Below are positions 53,818 to 64,000 of a stretch of DNA of 64,000 bases, piece after piece. Both the position numbers and the translations under genes were made by a program. Source of the DNA: Sphagnum compactum (Eukaryota); the NCBI GenBank assembly GCA_965153455.1, contig OZ234494.1, positions 8,990,001 to 9,054,000 on the forward strand, given 5' to 3'. Positions within the stretch are counted from its first letter, which is position 1. Each line of letters starts with the position of its first letter. Under the pieces are notes generated by a model. The model did no database searches and was not told where the DNA came from. It saw nothing but the letters and a program-made list of their open reading frames with translations.

Positions 53818-54123
53818 TTATGATGTCAAGCTGCCGTCCCACCTGCAGCCATTATGTGTAGTCGTCATGCTCGCCGCGTTGATCATCAAGCTGGCGGCCA
53901 CGCTCCTGCGAATGGGATACAAGAGCTCTTCCGGCACATTTAAGCCGGCCATCATGTACTTGAAGATGAGCGCTTGGTGCTCCAATTCAGCCCATTGCCG
54001 GGACGTGAACGGAGAACCGCGTCGCCCTCTGTTCATGGCCGCACTACTAGAGCTCCTCATCATGTAATCATGCACACACTGCAGACGCATCGTTGACTGC
54101 ACTAGCTCCGACTCCTCTTTCAT
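53818..54123 (-). CDS. GRF: GROWTH-REGULATING FACTOR-like QLQ-domain ORF (101 aa if unspliced), no WRC domain found
   Basis: SPFTSRQWAELEHQALIFKYMMAGLNVPEELLYPIRRSV is a canonical GRF QLQ domain. Donor CAG|GTGGGA at 53843/53842. The start codon is uncertain. Confidence 0.8.
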   Translation of the reverse strand: MKEESELVQSTMRLQCVHDYMMRSSSSAAMNRGRRGSPFTSRQWAELEHQALIFKYMMAGLNVPEELLYPIRRSVAASLMINAASMTTTHNGCRWDGSLTS

Positions 54124-54236
54124 GCCCTTCCGCTGCAAACCCCCCTGCTGATGATGATCACAGACAGCGATGATATAGATGTATATATTGCACCTGCGGC
54201 TGCAAGTTCCCACCCACTCATGAGTTCGTCCGTCAT
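54120..54236 (-). promoter_or_regulatory. 38-aa uORF whose TGA overlaps the putative GRF ATG (ATGA)
   Basis: ATG at 54236; MTDELMSGWELAAAG...SGRA*. TGA at 54122-54120 overlaps ATG at 54123-54121. Confidence 0.4.
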
Positions 54237-54799
54237 GACATAACACCCAAAAGATTCAGCCAAGTGCAGAAAGACTGGAAGTTCCAACACACACTGCAAC
54301 CTTTGATCAACCTCCTGGTCCACATCCTCCTCCTCCAAGCTAATTTCTCTGCAAAAACACTTTTCATGTGCAGCTAGCTAGCTGGCTGCAGATTCCCAAT
54401 AAAAATCAACCCCAAACAAAAAAAAAACAGCAGTAGTAGTGCTACCGCAAAATCTGAAGCTAAGCTAGTTGCTCATGAAAATGAAGCTCCCGATCATCTG
54501 CATGCATGTATTAGCACTCGCCTGCTTTCCGCGACCTTCAGATGTCGACGACAATAAGAATAAGCCTGCAAAGGTAGCTAGTGCAAATCCAGCAACAATC
54601 AGGCCAGGATCGTTCCAAGCTCCTCGATGCACCTCGCTGCAACGAAGCTCCGCCGCTACGACAGCAACGAAAGCCGCAACCGCAGCAGCCGAGGACACCA
54701 AAGAGAGCGACCAATGGCACTCATCATCAATGGCACGTCCGCCCGCTCGCCAGCCGGCCAACCTCCACCGCCACCCCCCACATGCTTCTACAATAATTG

Positions 54800-54820
54800 G
54801 GTGGGCCTTATAAACACCCC
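54800..54820 (-). promoter_or_regulatory. Candidate core promoter of the GRF-like locus (TATA-like TTTATAAG next to a GGCCCA site-II motif)
   Basis: The minus strand reads GTGTTTATAAGGCCCACC at the edge of a GC/CpG-rich island (54500-54790). Confidence 0.4.
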
Positions 54821-55007
54821 ACTTTCTTTCCAAGTACCTAAGTTGTACCTAACCCCGAAAATGAATGTACTTCGCAAAAAGACAAAAATACAAACATTTT
54901 TTTTTTAAGAAAAATTTCCCCTCATTTACGTCTAGACAAACACGCCCCACCAAGTTTTTATTTTATTTTATTTTTTCCATTATTACCTAGTACGTACATA
55001 CTTGCAT

Positions 55008-55440
55008 GCCCATCATCGTAAATTCACAAAAACATCACATTTTATTTTTATTTTTGGTTTTTTCTTTCTATACCCATTATCTTAATATCACAAAAAACAC
55101 CTCCATTTGTTTTTTAAAAATTTGGGGGACTTTTTTCATTTCATACCCATGGGCCATCATCACCAAAAATCACGAAAACACCAACAATTTTTAATTAATT
55201 TTCTCATTAATACCCATCATCATAAAATCTCAAAAGATATCGTCATTTTTGTTTATTTTGGGGGGATTTTTTTCATTCATACCCATGTGCCATCACTGTA
55301 GAATGCCAAAAACACCAACCAATTTTTATTTTCATTAATACCCATCATCATACAATTTCAAAAAACATTGCCATTTTTGTTTTTTGCGAAGGGATTTTTT
55401 CATTCATACCCACAGGTCATCACTATAGAATCACAAAAAC
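55008..55440. repeat. Degenerate ~65-bp tandem array, 7 units alternating as a ~130-bp dimer
   Basis: Recurrent ATACCCAT(CATCAT|GnGCCATCA)...AAAAAC...ATTTTT units. Confidence 0.85.
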
Positions 55441-57409
55441 ACAACATTGGGAAGACACTAAACAGTACCAACAAGTTAAATGCAAGACAACGTCCAACAT
55501 GAAAAAAAATTTAATTTTTAAAATTATATTCACTAATGATTAGTGTTGTAAGTATTTTTCTTACACAACAATTTCAAAGAAAAAACATGTGATGCAATGG
55601 TTAGAATCTTCCTTTTAACCCAAAGGTACAAGGTTTGATCTTTTATTCAATTGTTTTTAACAATAAATAAAATGAATGAAAAAACATATAGAACATCTAA
55701 ATAATTTTTAAAAGTTAGTTGATCTTATGAAACAACTTCCTTTAAAAAAAAGATTAAATGTCAATTCCAAACAAAATGAATGAAAAATTATATAGAACAT
55801 TTATTCTAAAACACAATGTAAATTCCCCATGGCACAAAAAGATGTTATTAAAAAACAAATGAAATACATCAAAAATAACTTTCACAAGAAATAAGAAAAG
55901 TTCCACAAGGAACAAAACAACTTCCACAAGAAAAAATGAATTTTTCTCAAAAAAAGGTCCAAGTTTTTTTTAAGAGAATGGCACTTTCCCCAAAGAACTA
56001 TGAGCTTTCATTTAAGAAAGATTCAAGTTGCCTTAAAAAATATATGTTTCAAATCTTTTTCAACCATAACCATCTCATGTACCTTTTTATATAATTTTAT
56101 GACATATCATTTGAAATGTCTTGAGGAAAACTACAACTTTGTAGTTGTAACTCTTTTGACGTTTGTTGATATTTTTTGTTTGTTTCTTATTACATTAAGT
56201 TGTAAATGTTTTTATTTATGTAGGTTGTAATGCTATGTTTTTTTAAGTCAAAATTTTCATTATTTTTGGGTTTATATTAAAGAGTGTAAAAAGATTGGAG
56301 TGTTCATTTTTCTCAAAAAGGGTGTTGACATACACATGGTTCCATCATTTTTTATTTTTAATGTTTTTGAATTATGTTTCCAAAAAAACCCACTTGATTA
56401 AAGTTAAGTGATTAATTGTGTACATACAATTTAGCTTCCTCATCTTCAATTATTCATGTGGCCTTGAATGATCTCAATTCAATTTAGAGACCACAATGTA
56501 TCTTGAGGATTTGTTCACTACAATTTTTAGTAGAAATTGACAAGATTATTGGATCACCATATCCTTGGAAAATGGGAGGTTTATGAACTTTAGCATTTTT
56601 CTTCTTTAGAAATCTTTTTCATTTTATACATTATAACATTATTGCTTATATAAGATTTGTAGGATTAAGGGGTTGTTGAGAGACATTAGCCATATCATTT
56701 TAACTCATGATTAATGGGGTCGACATACATTTTTTTTTACCTGTCAATACATCTTACATTAGAAAAACCACTAGTTAGTAATGTGGCTCTTTAAAGATCT
56801 ATGGTGTTGCTTATTGGCTAAAGATATGTAATTTTTTGTGTCTCTTTCCACCTATATAGGTGAAGAAAACTATTTCTATAGCAAATTGTGCAACTTTCAA
56901 GTTTAATAAGATATTTTTAGTTCCTATGTAAAACATGATAAATAGATGTATTTAAAAAAATTAAATAAACTTGCCGTCAATAATTATTACAACTTGGGTA
57001 TCAATTTATTAAGATAATTCATATGTCGGGGCAACAAGTTGTTGAGTTTGGTGGATTCGACAATGATCCAAAAATATTCATATGATCAGTTTTTAGATGA
57101 GTTGTAATAGTAGTTTCAAATTTTTTTGGGGCGAATTTTCTCCAAATGGTGATTTTGTTTTTCAAAATAGAAAAAATTTAGTGTTTTTGAGGATTTGTAG
57201 TCTTCAAATTTCAAGAGAAAAAACTCTCTTTTGGACAAAAATTGCCAGATTCTATACTAAGTTCTAATGGGTAGCCAAAAATATAGAAGGAATTTTAAAT
57301 GTTTATACTTTCTTTTTTTTAAATTGCCAAATCATCTTATGGATGGCTACACTAGATCACAAAATTTGGGCGGGGAAAAAAAACTTGAGGTTTACAAATG
57401 ACATTGTGG

Positions 57410-57814
57410 CTTGTAGATGTTGAAGGTAATTTGTTTGGTTCATTTGTCACATTGAGATCTCCCAAACCATGCAATGTCTTTTGTTGTGTTCTTGGCACCA
57501 TAAGAAACCTCTCAATGAGTAGGTGTGCACCAAGTTGGTTTCACAATGTTTCAACCTATAGTGGAGAAGTTATTGAATATTGAACAAATTTTCACTAGAA
57601 ACCCATTTAAATCAAAACCTAAAATTATAAGGGAATTTGGGTGCCCTCTTGGAAGTGCTGGAAAGCTTGAAGGAAAAAAAAAAAAGACCTACATTGCATG
57701 AGTTATTGAGTTTTGAGTAATTTTTGTGAGTGGAAATTTAATTAATTTAAAAAATATAGGAATTGGAACCAAAAAAAAAGCTTGCATTTAGGCCAACAGC
57801 ACCAGATACACTAG
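57410..57814 (+). mobile_element. Non-autonomous Helitron, copy 2
   Basis: Collinear with 4133-4552 (TTGAGATCT..AACCATG, ATGAGTAGG.GT.CACCAAG.TGGTTT, TTTTGAGTAATTT). Ends GGCCA..GCAC...CTAG|T. Confidence 0.65.
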
Positions 57815-58529
57815 TATTCATAATGATCAATCAACTTAACCATTTATGGTCTTTCAATAGCCCTTGTTATGGTGAAAAAATACATGACATGTAGCTTGTG
57901 GTGATTAAAGACATCTCGAGGTTGTATACTGGTTATCAATTTCTCCAAAACGCCCTCAATAAATATGAGTGGTTTTGGATGCTTTCCAGCCCCTTGTGCT
58001 GAAGTTCTTTGAATATTTATTTCAATGGTTTCATTCTTGATCTGCCACTGTTGTGTATGGGACATATTACTAATTACCTCGTCACTAATTTTAATTTAAA
58101 ATCTTTCGTTATTCTTTGAGTCGTGCAAAATCTTCAACTCGATTAGATTTTAGGAATCTATCAGTTTTTGCAGATATGAAAGGTTTCAAAAATCTTGCAA
58201 TTAATTGTATATTTGATAACATTATTACAATTTTGTAATCGGATTGCATTCATTCGTTGGCAGAACATTGTTGTGCATATATCATCCGGAGACAAGATTT
58301 TCTGTTCTCTTCCAGGTGAAGAGCAGCACCCCCCATCCAGAAAATCCCGTTTTGGGATTTCTTGGATGGGATGAAACCCAACCCAACCCCAGGATAGGGT
58401 TCTGGGTTCATAGTTTTTTTTTCCTCACATACATTACTCTTTAACGGTCAGTTTTTTTTTTCTTCCCTCACCCTTTTCCCTACCTACCCCTTACCTCCTG
58501 CTCTCCCCTCCTTCCTCTTTCCCCTCCCT

Positions 58530-59880
58530 TTCCCGCTCATAATTTCTTTTTCTTTTTTTGGGACCTCTGCATTCTTCTTTCTTTGGTTTTCCTTGTTCCT
58601 TCTTTGTTTCTTCTTTCTATTTTTTGTTTTGTGTTGCTTTGTTTTAAGGTCTTCGTGATTTCTTTTGTTTTTTTTTTTTGTTTTTTTTCTTGTGTCTTTA
58701 TTTGAGAGTTTTGTGGTCTCTTTATTCTTCTTTTGGTTTTGTTTTTTCTTTCTTTCTTATGTCTTTGTGTGTGTGGGGCTATGGAAAGGGAGGAGAGAAA
58801 TGAAGCGAAAGAGCAACATGAGGAGCAACTAGACGAGGTGAATCTCTTGCAGTCCAGCCCTTCCAAATCAACATTGGTAGTAGAGGTTTGTTGCCATTGC
58901 CATGAGCTCTCGATTGCAGCAATAGTTTGTTGCCTTCACCAAGATTTTTATTTTATTTTACTTTAAAATTTATTTCTCTTATTTCTTTTTGCTTTCAGTC
59001 TTTTTCCCTGTTTTTTTTGCTGGTTGTTTTAATACCTTTTTTCTGGCATTTCAAATTTTTTTGAATTTTTTTCTTTCTTTCTCTTTTTTTCCTCTTTTTA
59101 ATATTTTATTATCAGTAATTTTTTTATTCTGGTCTTATATTTCTTTTTTTATTTTCTGTACCTTTTAAAATTTTATTTCTATCTTCTTCTTTTTTTGTTT
59201 CGGTTTTTTTCTGATTTTTTTTGTTCATTTTCTTTATACTGGTTTTTTGGGGTTTTTTAATTTTATGTTTTCTTGGTTTTTTCTTGGATTGTTTCCCCTT
59301 GTTTTCTTTTTTTTTTCTTTTTTCCTGTAATTTTAAAATTTCTGGTTTTATATTTCTAGTTTTATTTATCATTTTATTTGTCGTTTTCATTTTCTGTAAT
59401 TAAAAAATTTTGTTTCTATCTTGTTTCTTTTGTTTCTTTTTTTTTGTTGGTTTTCTTTTTTTTCAATTTGGAGTTTAAGAAATCTGTTTTTTCTGGATTT
59501 TTTCTGTTTTTTCCTTTCTATACTTCTCGAAATAAAAAAATTTAATAATTCTTGTTTTATTTCTGGTTTTCATTTTCTATACTTCATAAAATATATATTT
59601 CTCTCTTTTTTCTTTTCTTTTGTTATTTGAAATGGTTTTTTAATAAATTTTTGGGGGTTTGAAATTTTCTATTTTTTTGGGTTTTTTTTCCTTGTTTTTT
59701 TAATTTTTGTTGTTTCTCTTGTTTGTCATGCTTTTCTTTTTCTTTCTTTTTTCTTGTGTAAATTTTGAAATTCTTATTTATCTCTATTTTTTCTTACTGG
59801 TTTTTTTTCCCCTTCTTTTGGCTTCTTCAATATTGTTTTTGGGGTTTTTAATTTTAATTGTTCTTTTTGTTATATTTTGT
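58530..59880. repeat. Long T-rich low-complexity tract
   Basis: About 1.3 kb dominated by T runs on the + strand, interrupted at ~58770-58940. Confidence 0.85.
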
Positions 59881-61283
59881 GTGTGTGTGGAAAAAGGTAA
59901 ACCCCTCCTTTGTGTGTTGGGCAATTGTTCGAACAAGGACCCATGCCACATGTGAATGGGATCACTTGTGAAATGATGAACTATGAATAAAACTGACATT
60001 GATGCCCACATTGGTAAGAGTTGCTTCTTCCAAGGTGCTCACTCTATTAGGCATTCCAACATGGGGTGTGGGGTATCTTGCCCATGTAATGACCAAATTA
60101 AAGAGGGATGAGAATTTTGTCAATTTTATTTGGGTTAGTAAGGTCTCCTATGCAAAGGGGCTTAGAAATGTTTAGGATAGCCAAAATTGGACAAGAACTA
60201 CATCCAAAAAGGAGCGTGAAAAGGAGATCATTTGACTTGTGAATCACCATGAATTGAAAACGATTCATGGTCGATAAGTTTCATCACATTCAATTTTCAC
60301 TTCAAATTTGCATTGTGTGTTTGACATGTGTTTCCAAGATTATACTCATTGGTTTGTGTGTATGTCCACTTTAGGATTTTAAGTACCACCAAGGAGGCTT
60401 TCATAGTTGACTTGGTGAAGATAATTAATTTTGGCAAATTACCAATTATACACTTGACAATATGTTCAGTTTGCACAAAATGTAGTGGCACATTATCAGA
60501 ATGCAAATGGATTATTATTGAAATCTTTAGTGAGAGTAAGGGTGAGAGCAATTAGCTTGACATTCCATTTTTGGACTAATACACATTTTGTACCATGAAT
60601 TTTCCATGCCACATTCTTGTAAATTAATTTAGCCTCCATGGATATAGCCCATTGACATTGGAAATGAATATATGTAAAGATATCTATTTTTTTAAAAAAG
60701 AATTTTATTTGTACAGAAACAAGGTTATTAAAATCTATATATAATGTATGTGCATCTTGCATTGAACAAAAAATTGATTGGATGTATTGCTAGAACAAGA
60801 GGATATTGCAATTATAGTCCAAACATTTGTGAAAGTTGCATTAAAGCCTAAAGGTATGATTTTGTGCAATACCTTCATAGTAAAAAAATCTTCTATTTCA
60901 TAGTTAGAATTTTGAAATAGTTTATATGCATGATGAGGGTATTGCATTTACACTTTTGCTATGCAATACCCTGGGATAAAAGAAAACATATTCCATCAAC
61001 CCTATCCTTAAACTTAATATACCCCATGATATTGCATAGGCTTTGATCATTTTTTGGTCCATGCAATACCCTAAACCCTAAACTTAACCTTAATACACCC
61101 AAGATGGTACTATATAACCCCAATAGGAATAGAGTAAACCAAATAAGGGTATTGCAATTGAACTAGATTTTTTTACCTTAATATTATGTGAGGCCACAAT
61201 TAAATATTGGTTAACACCCATATTAAAGTATTACATATAGGGTCAACATAAATTATTTCCAATATGTCTTCAGGGTATTACAT

Positions 61284-61806
61284 TGTTGAAATAAATAAAA
61301 TGAAATAATTTCAATTGGCCCAAGGTTATTGTGAATCATCAAAATGATCTAGAGGATATGCATTACTATTGGAAACAACTTGAAAACGAGCAAGAAATGA
61401 AAGCTTCAAGGTTCATGAAATGGAACAATTGTATTAACTAACAAGAATATTACAAATGTTGTATGCTTCAAATGCTATAATCACAAAACTATGGCTTGCA
61501 ACAACTAAAAAGCTTGAAGGTTCTATGTGCACACAAAAACCATGAAAGGAGAGAATGAAAGATTACTCAAAACCACTCCATTATATACTAACTCCTAACC
61601 CTAAAGTAGCCGCCACTTAACCCTAACCTAGCCGCCGCCTAACCCTAGCCGCCACCAAGCCCTAAGTAGCCTCCACTTCCAAACCCTAGCCACCACTATT
61701 CAACCTAACCTAACTACTATAAGGATGTGAATATTATTCATCCTTTTGATGAATGTTTCACACATTCATCAACATTGGGAATTAGAAACGAATAGTATTT
61801 CTAACA
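61284..61806 (-). mobile_element. 3' LTR of the Ty1/copia element (523 bp)
   Basis: The minus strand begins TGTTAG at 61806 right after the PPT and ends TTCAACA at 61284. Confidence 0.85.
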
Positions 61807-61816
61807 CTCCCACTCT
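61807..61816 (-). other. Polypurine tract of the copia element
   Basis: AGAGTGGGAG lies between the pol stop codon and the LTR start TG. Confidence 0.85.
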
Positions 61817-64000
61817 ATGAAGTTTCTAATCCGAACATGCTTATCAATTTGTAATGTCGTTCTTTCGGTAATGCTTTGGTAAGCACATCTGCCACCATCT
61901 CTTCCGTTGAACAATATTCGAACGTAACTTCGCCATTTTCAACTCGTTCTTGAACAAAGTGATGCTGAACATCAATGTGCTTTGTTCGAGCATGTTGAGT
62001 GGGATTCTTCGTCAATGATATTGAACCTTGGTTGTCACATCAAATCACCATCGCCTTCTTCTCTTTCATGTACCCTTATTCTTTCATGAGCTTTGTCATC
62101 CATATGGCTTCCTTGGTAACTTGTGTACTTGCCATGTATTCGGCCTCCGTCGTTGACAAAGCAATTATGGGTTGTTGTTTGCTACTCCACGAAGTGGCTC
62201 CACCTCCCATCATGAATACAAACCCTGTGGTGGATCTCCTATCCTCAAGGTCACAGGCCCAATCCGCATCACAATATCCGACCACATCTTGGGGTGATAA
62301 TCCTCCGAAGCGTAATTTGAATTGCAATGTGCCTTGCAAGTATTGAAAAATGCGCTTCACTGCAATCCAATGTTCTAGGCTTGGATTGGCCATGTGTTGA
62401 CTCACCACGCTTATTGGGTATGCCAAATCAGGTCGAGTACACAACATGGCATACATCAAGGATCCCACAGCTTGTTGATAAGGAACCTTCATCATTTCAT
62501 CATCCTTGTTCACATTCTTCTTTAACTTCGTCTTGGGATCAAGTGGCACTCTGATGGCTTTGCAATCCTCCATGCGAAAGCGTTTGAGAATCTCCTTGAG
62601 ATACCCAATTTGGTTGATGTAAAGAAGACGTTGTGCACGATCCCTTTCCACTTCCATGCCAAGGAAAAAATGCAAATCACCAAGATCTTTCATTTCGAAC
62701 TTTCGAGAAAGTTCTTTCTTCACTTGCAAAAGCTTGTCCTTATTATTGCACACCAAAATGAGATCATCGACGTAGACGACGATGAAAAATTTCACATCCT
62801 CGACTTGCGCAACATACACACTAAAGTCTGCATCACTTCTCGTAAACTCGATGTTTTTCAAGAAAGCGTCTAGCTTTTGGTTCCAAGCCCTTAGATATTG
62901 TTTCAAGCCATATAATGACTTGTGAAGCTTACACACAAGATGTTCACCTTCATGTGTGAATCCTTCGGGTTGCTCCATGTAGATCTCCTTTTCAAGGTCA
63001 CCATTGAGAAATGCGGTTTTGACGTCCATTTGATGAATCTCCATGTCTTCAATGGCCGCTAGTGCAAGGATACAATGAATTGACACAAACTTTGCAACGG
63101 GTGCAAAAGTTTCATTGTAATCGACTCCAAATGTTTGGGTGAAACCTCTTGCCACAAGTCTCGCCTTGTACCGTTCGACTTCACGATCGACCCCATGTTT
63201 GATTTTGAACACCCATTTGCAAGAAATGGGTTTTTTACCCTTGGGGAGTGGCACCAAGGACCAAGTGTTGTTGACAAGAAGAAGTCGTATTCTTCTTGCA
63301 TGGCAATCTCCCACTTCTTTGCATCTTCTCCATTCAACGCCTCTTCCACGGTTTGGGGTTCTTCCGAAAATGCCATGGGGGCTCGTTCCACCTCTTTGGT
63401 GGCGACCCACCAATCACGAGGTCACTCCTACGTTATCTTTGGGGCCTTTCTCTTGGTCCATCTTGTTGTGGTTCATTCAAACCCTCATCTTGTGATGAAG
63501 CAAATTCTTCTTCCGAAGAAGAGTTTGTTGTAGATTCATCACCTTCCACATCTTCCGCTGGTCTTACTTTCAAAGATATAGGATTAACATCCTTCACAAG
63601 TTCGTCGACTTCATCCACAACAAGGTGTTCTATTTGGTTTGAAAGGGGTCTCTTATCACGAACACCTTCTACTTCTTCCATCCCTTCAAGGAACACAACA
63701 TCTCGACTTTTAATGATCCTTTTGACTTATAGACACATTAAGCGATATGCTTTGGTCCCTTCACAATACCCTAGAAACACACAAGGTATGGATTTGGACT
63801 CTAATTTGCTTCTCTTTTCATCTGGAATGTGTGCAAATGTTTTGCAACCAAAAACTCTCAAATGAGATACATCCGACTTTGTACCGGTCCACGCTTCTTG
63901 TGGGGTCTTTGAATCAAGAGCTTTAGTTGGGCATCGATTCTTGATGTAAACCGTCGTGTTCACCGCCTCCGCCCAAAACTCCAAGTCAAATCCTTGTGCA
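61815..64000 (-). mobile_element. Ty1/copia pol (integrase C-terminus, RT, RNase H), disrupted, runs off the window end
   Basis: FWAEAVNTTVYIKNR, YKARLVARGF, QMDVKTAFLNG, SLYGLKQ, VYVDDL, GYCDADWA, EAEYMA, TKHIDVQHHF and ADVLTK in INT-RT-RH order. Stops or frame breaks near 63727, 63433, ~63280 and 62076. Confidence 0.97.

Noticed and set aside
58537..60011. Lys-rich and Phe-rich ORFs
   Set aside because: Artefacts of the T-rich low-complexity tract.
60297..60950. Possible SWIM-finger transposase remnant on the - strand
   Set aside because: The Cys/His pattern is incomplete and I cannot support the call by eye.

Overview
Eukaryotic nuclear DNA, AT-rich and repeat-dense, with spliceosomal introns. 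Gene content, intron style and repeat families suggest a bryophyte, probably a Sphagnum-like moss (inference, not searched). Two intact multi-exon genes lie on the + strand. One is a ~1185-aa low-complexity protein of unknown function ending in a Cys-rich WxxCxC tail (13889-18068). The other is a ~599-aa armadillo-repeat protein (42845-45617). On the - strand a GROWTH-REGULATING FACTOR-type locus (54123-53818) encodes a clear QLQ domain, but I found no WRC exon. All three predicted start codons are overlapped by an upstream ORF. The rest is transposon debris: a fairly young but broken Ty1/copia with its 3' LTR and PPT (61284-64000), Ty3/gypsy remnants and LTRs, a LINE RT fragment, hAT transposase relics, PIF/Harbinger-type MITEs, two non-autonomous Helitrons, a TIR element with an apparent 4-bp TSD, minisatellites, a coiled-coil+RING pseudogene and a spliced gene-like relic at 9.4-11.4 kb. 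I found no rRNA, intact tRNA or CRISPR array. All gene models were built by hand from splice signals and phase arithmetic.
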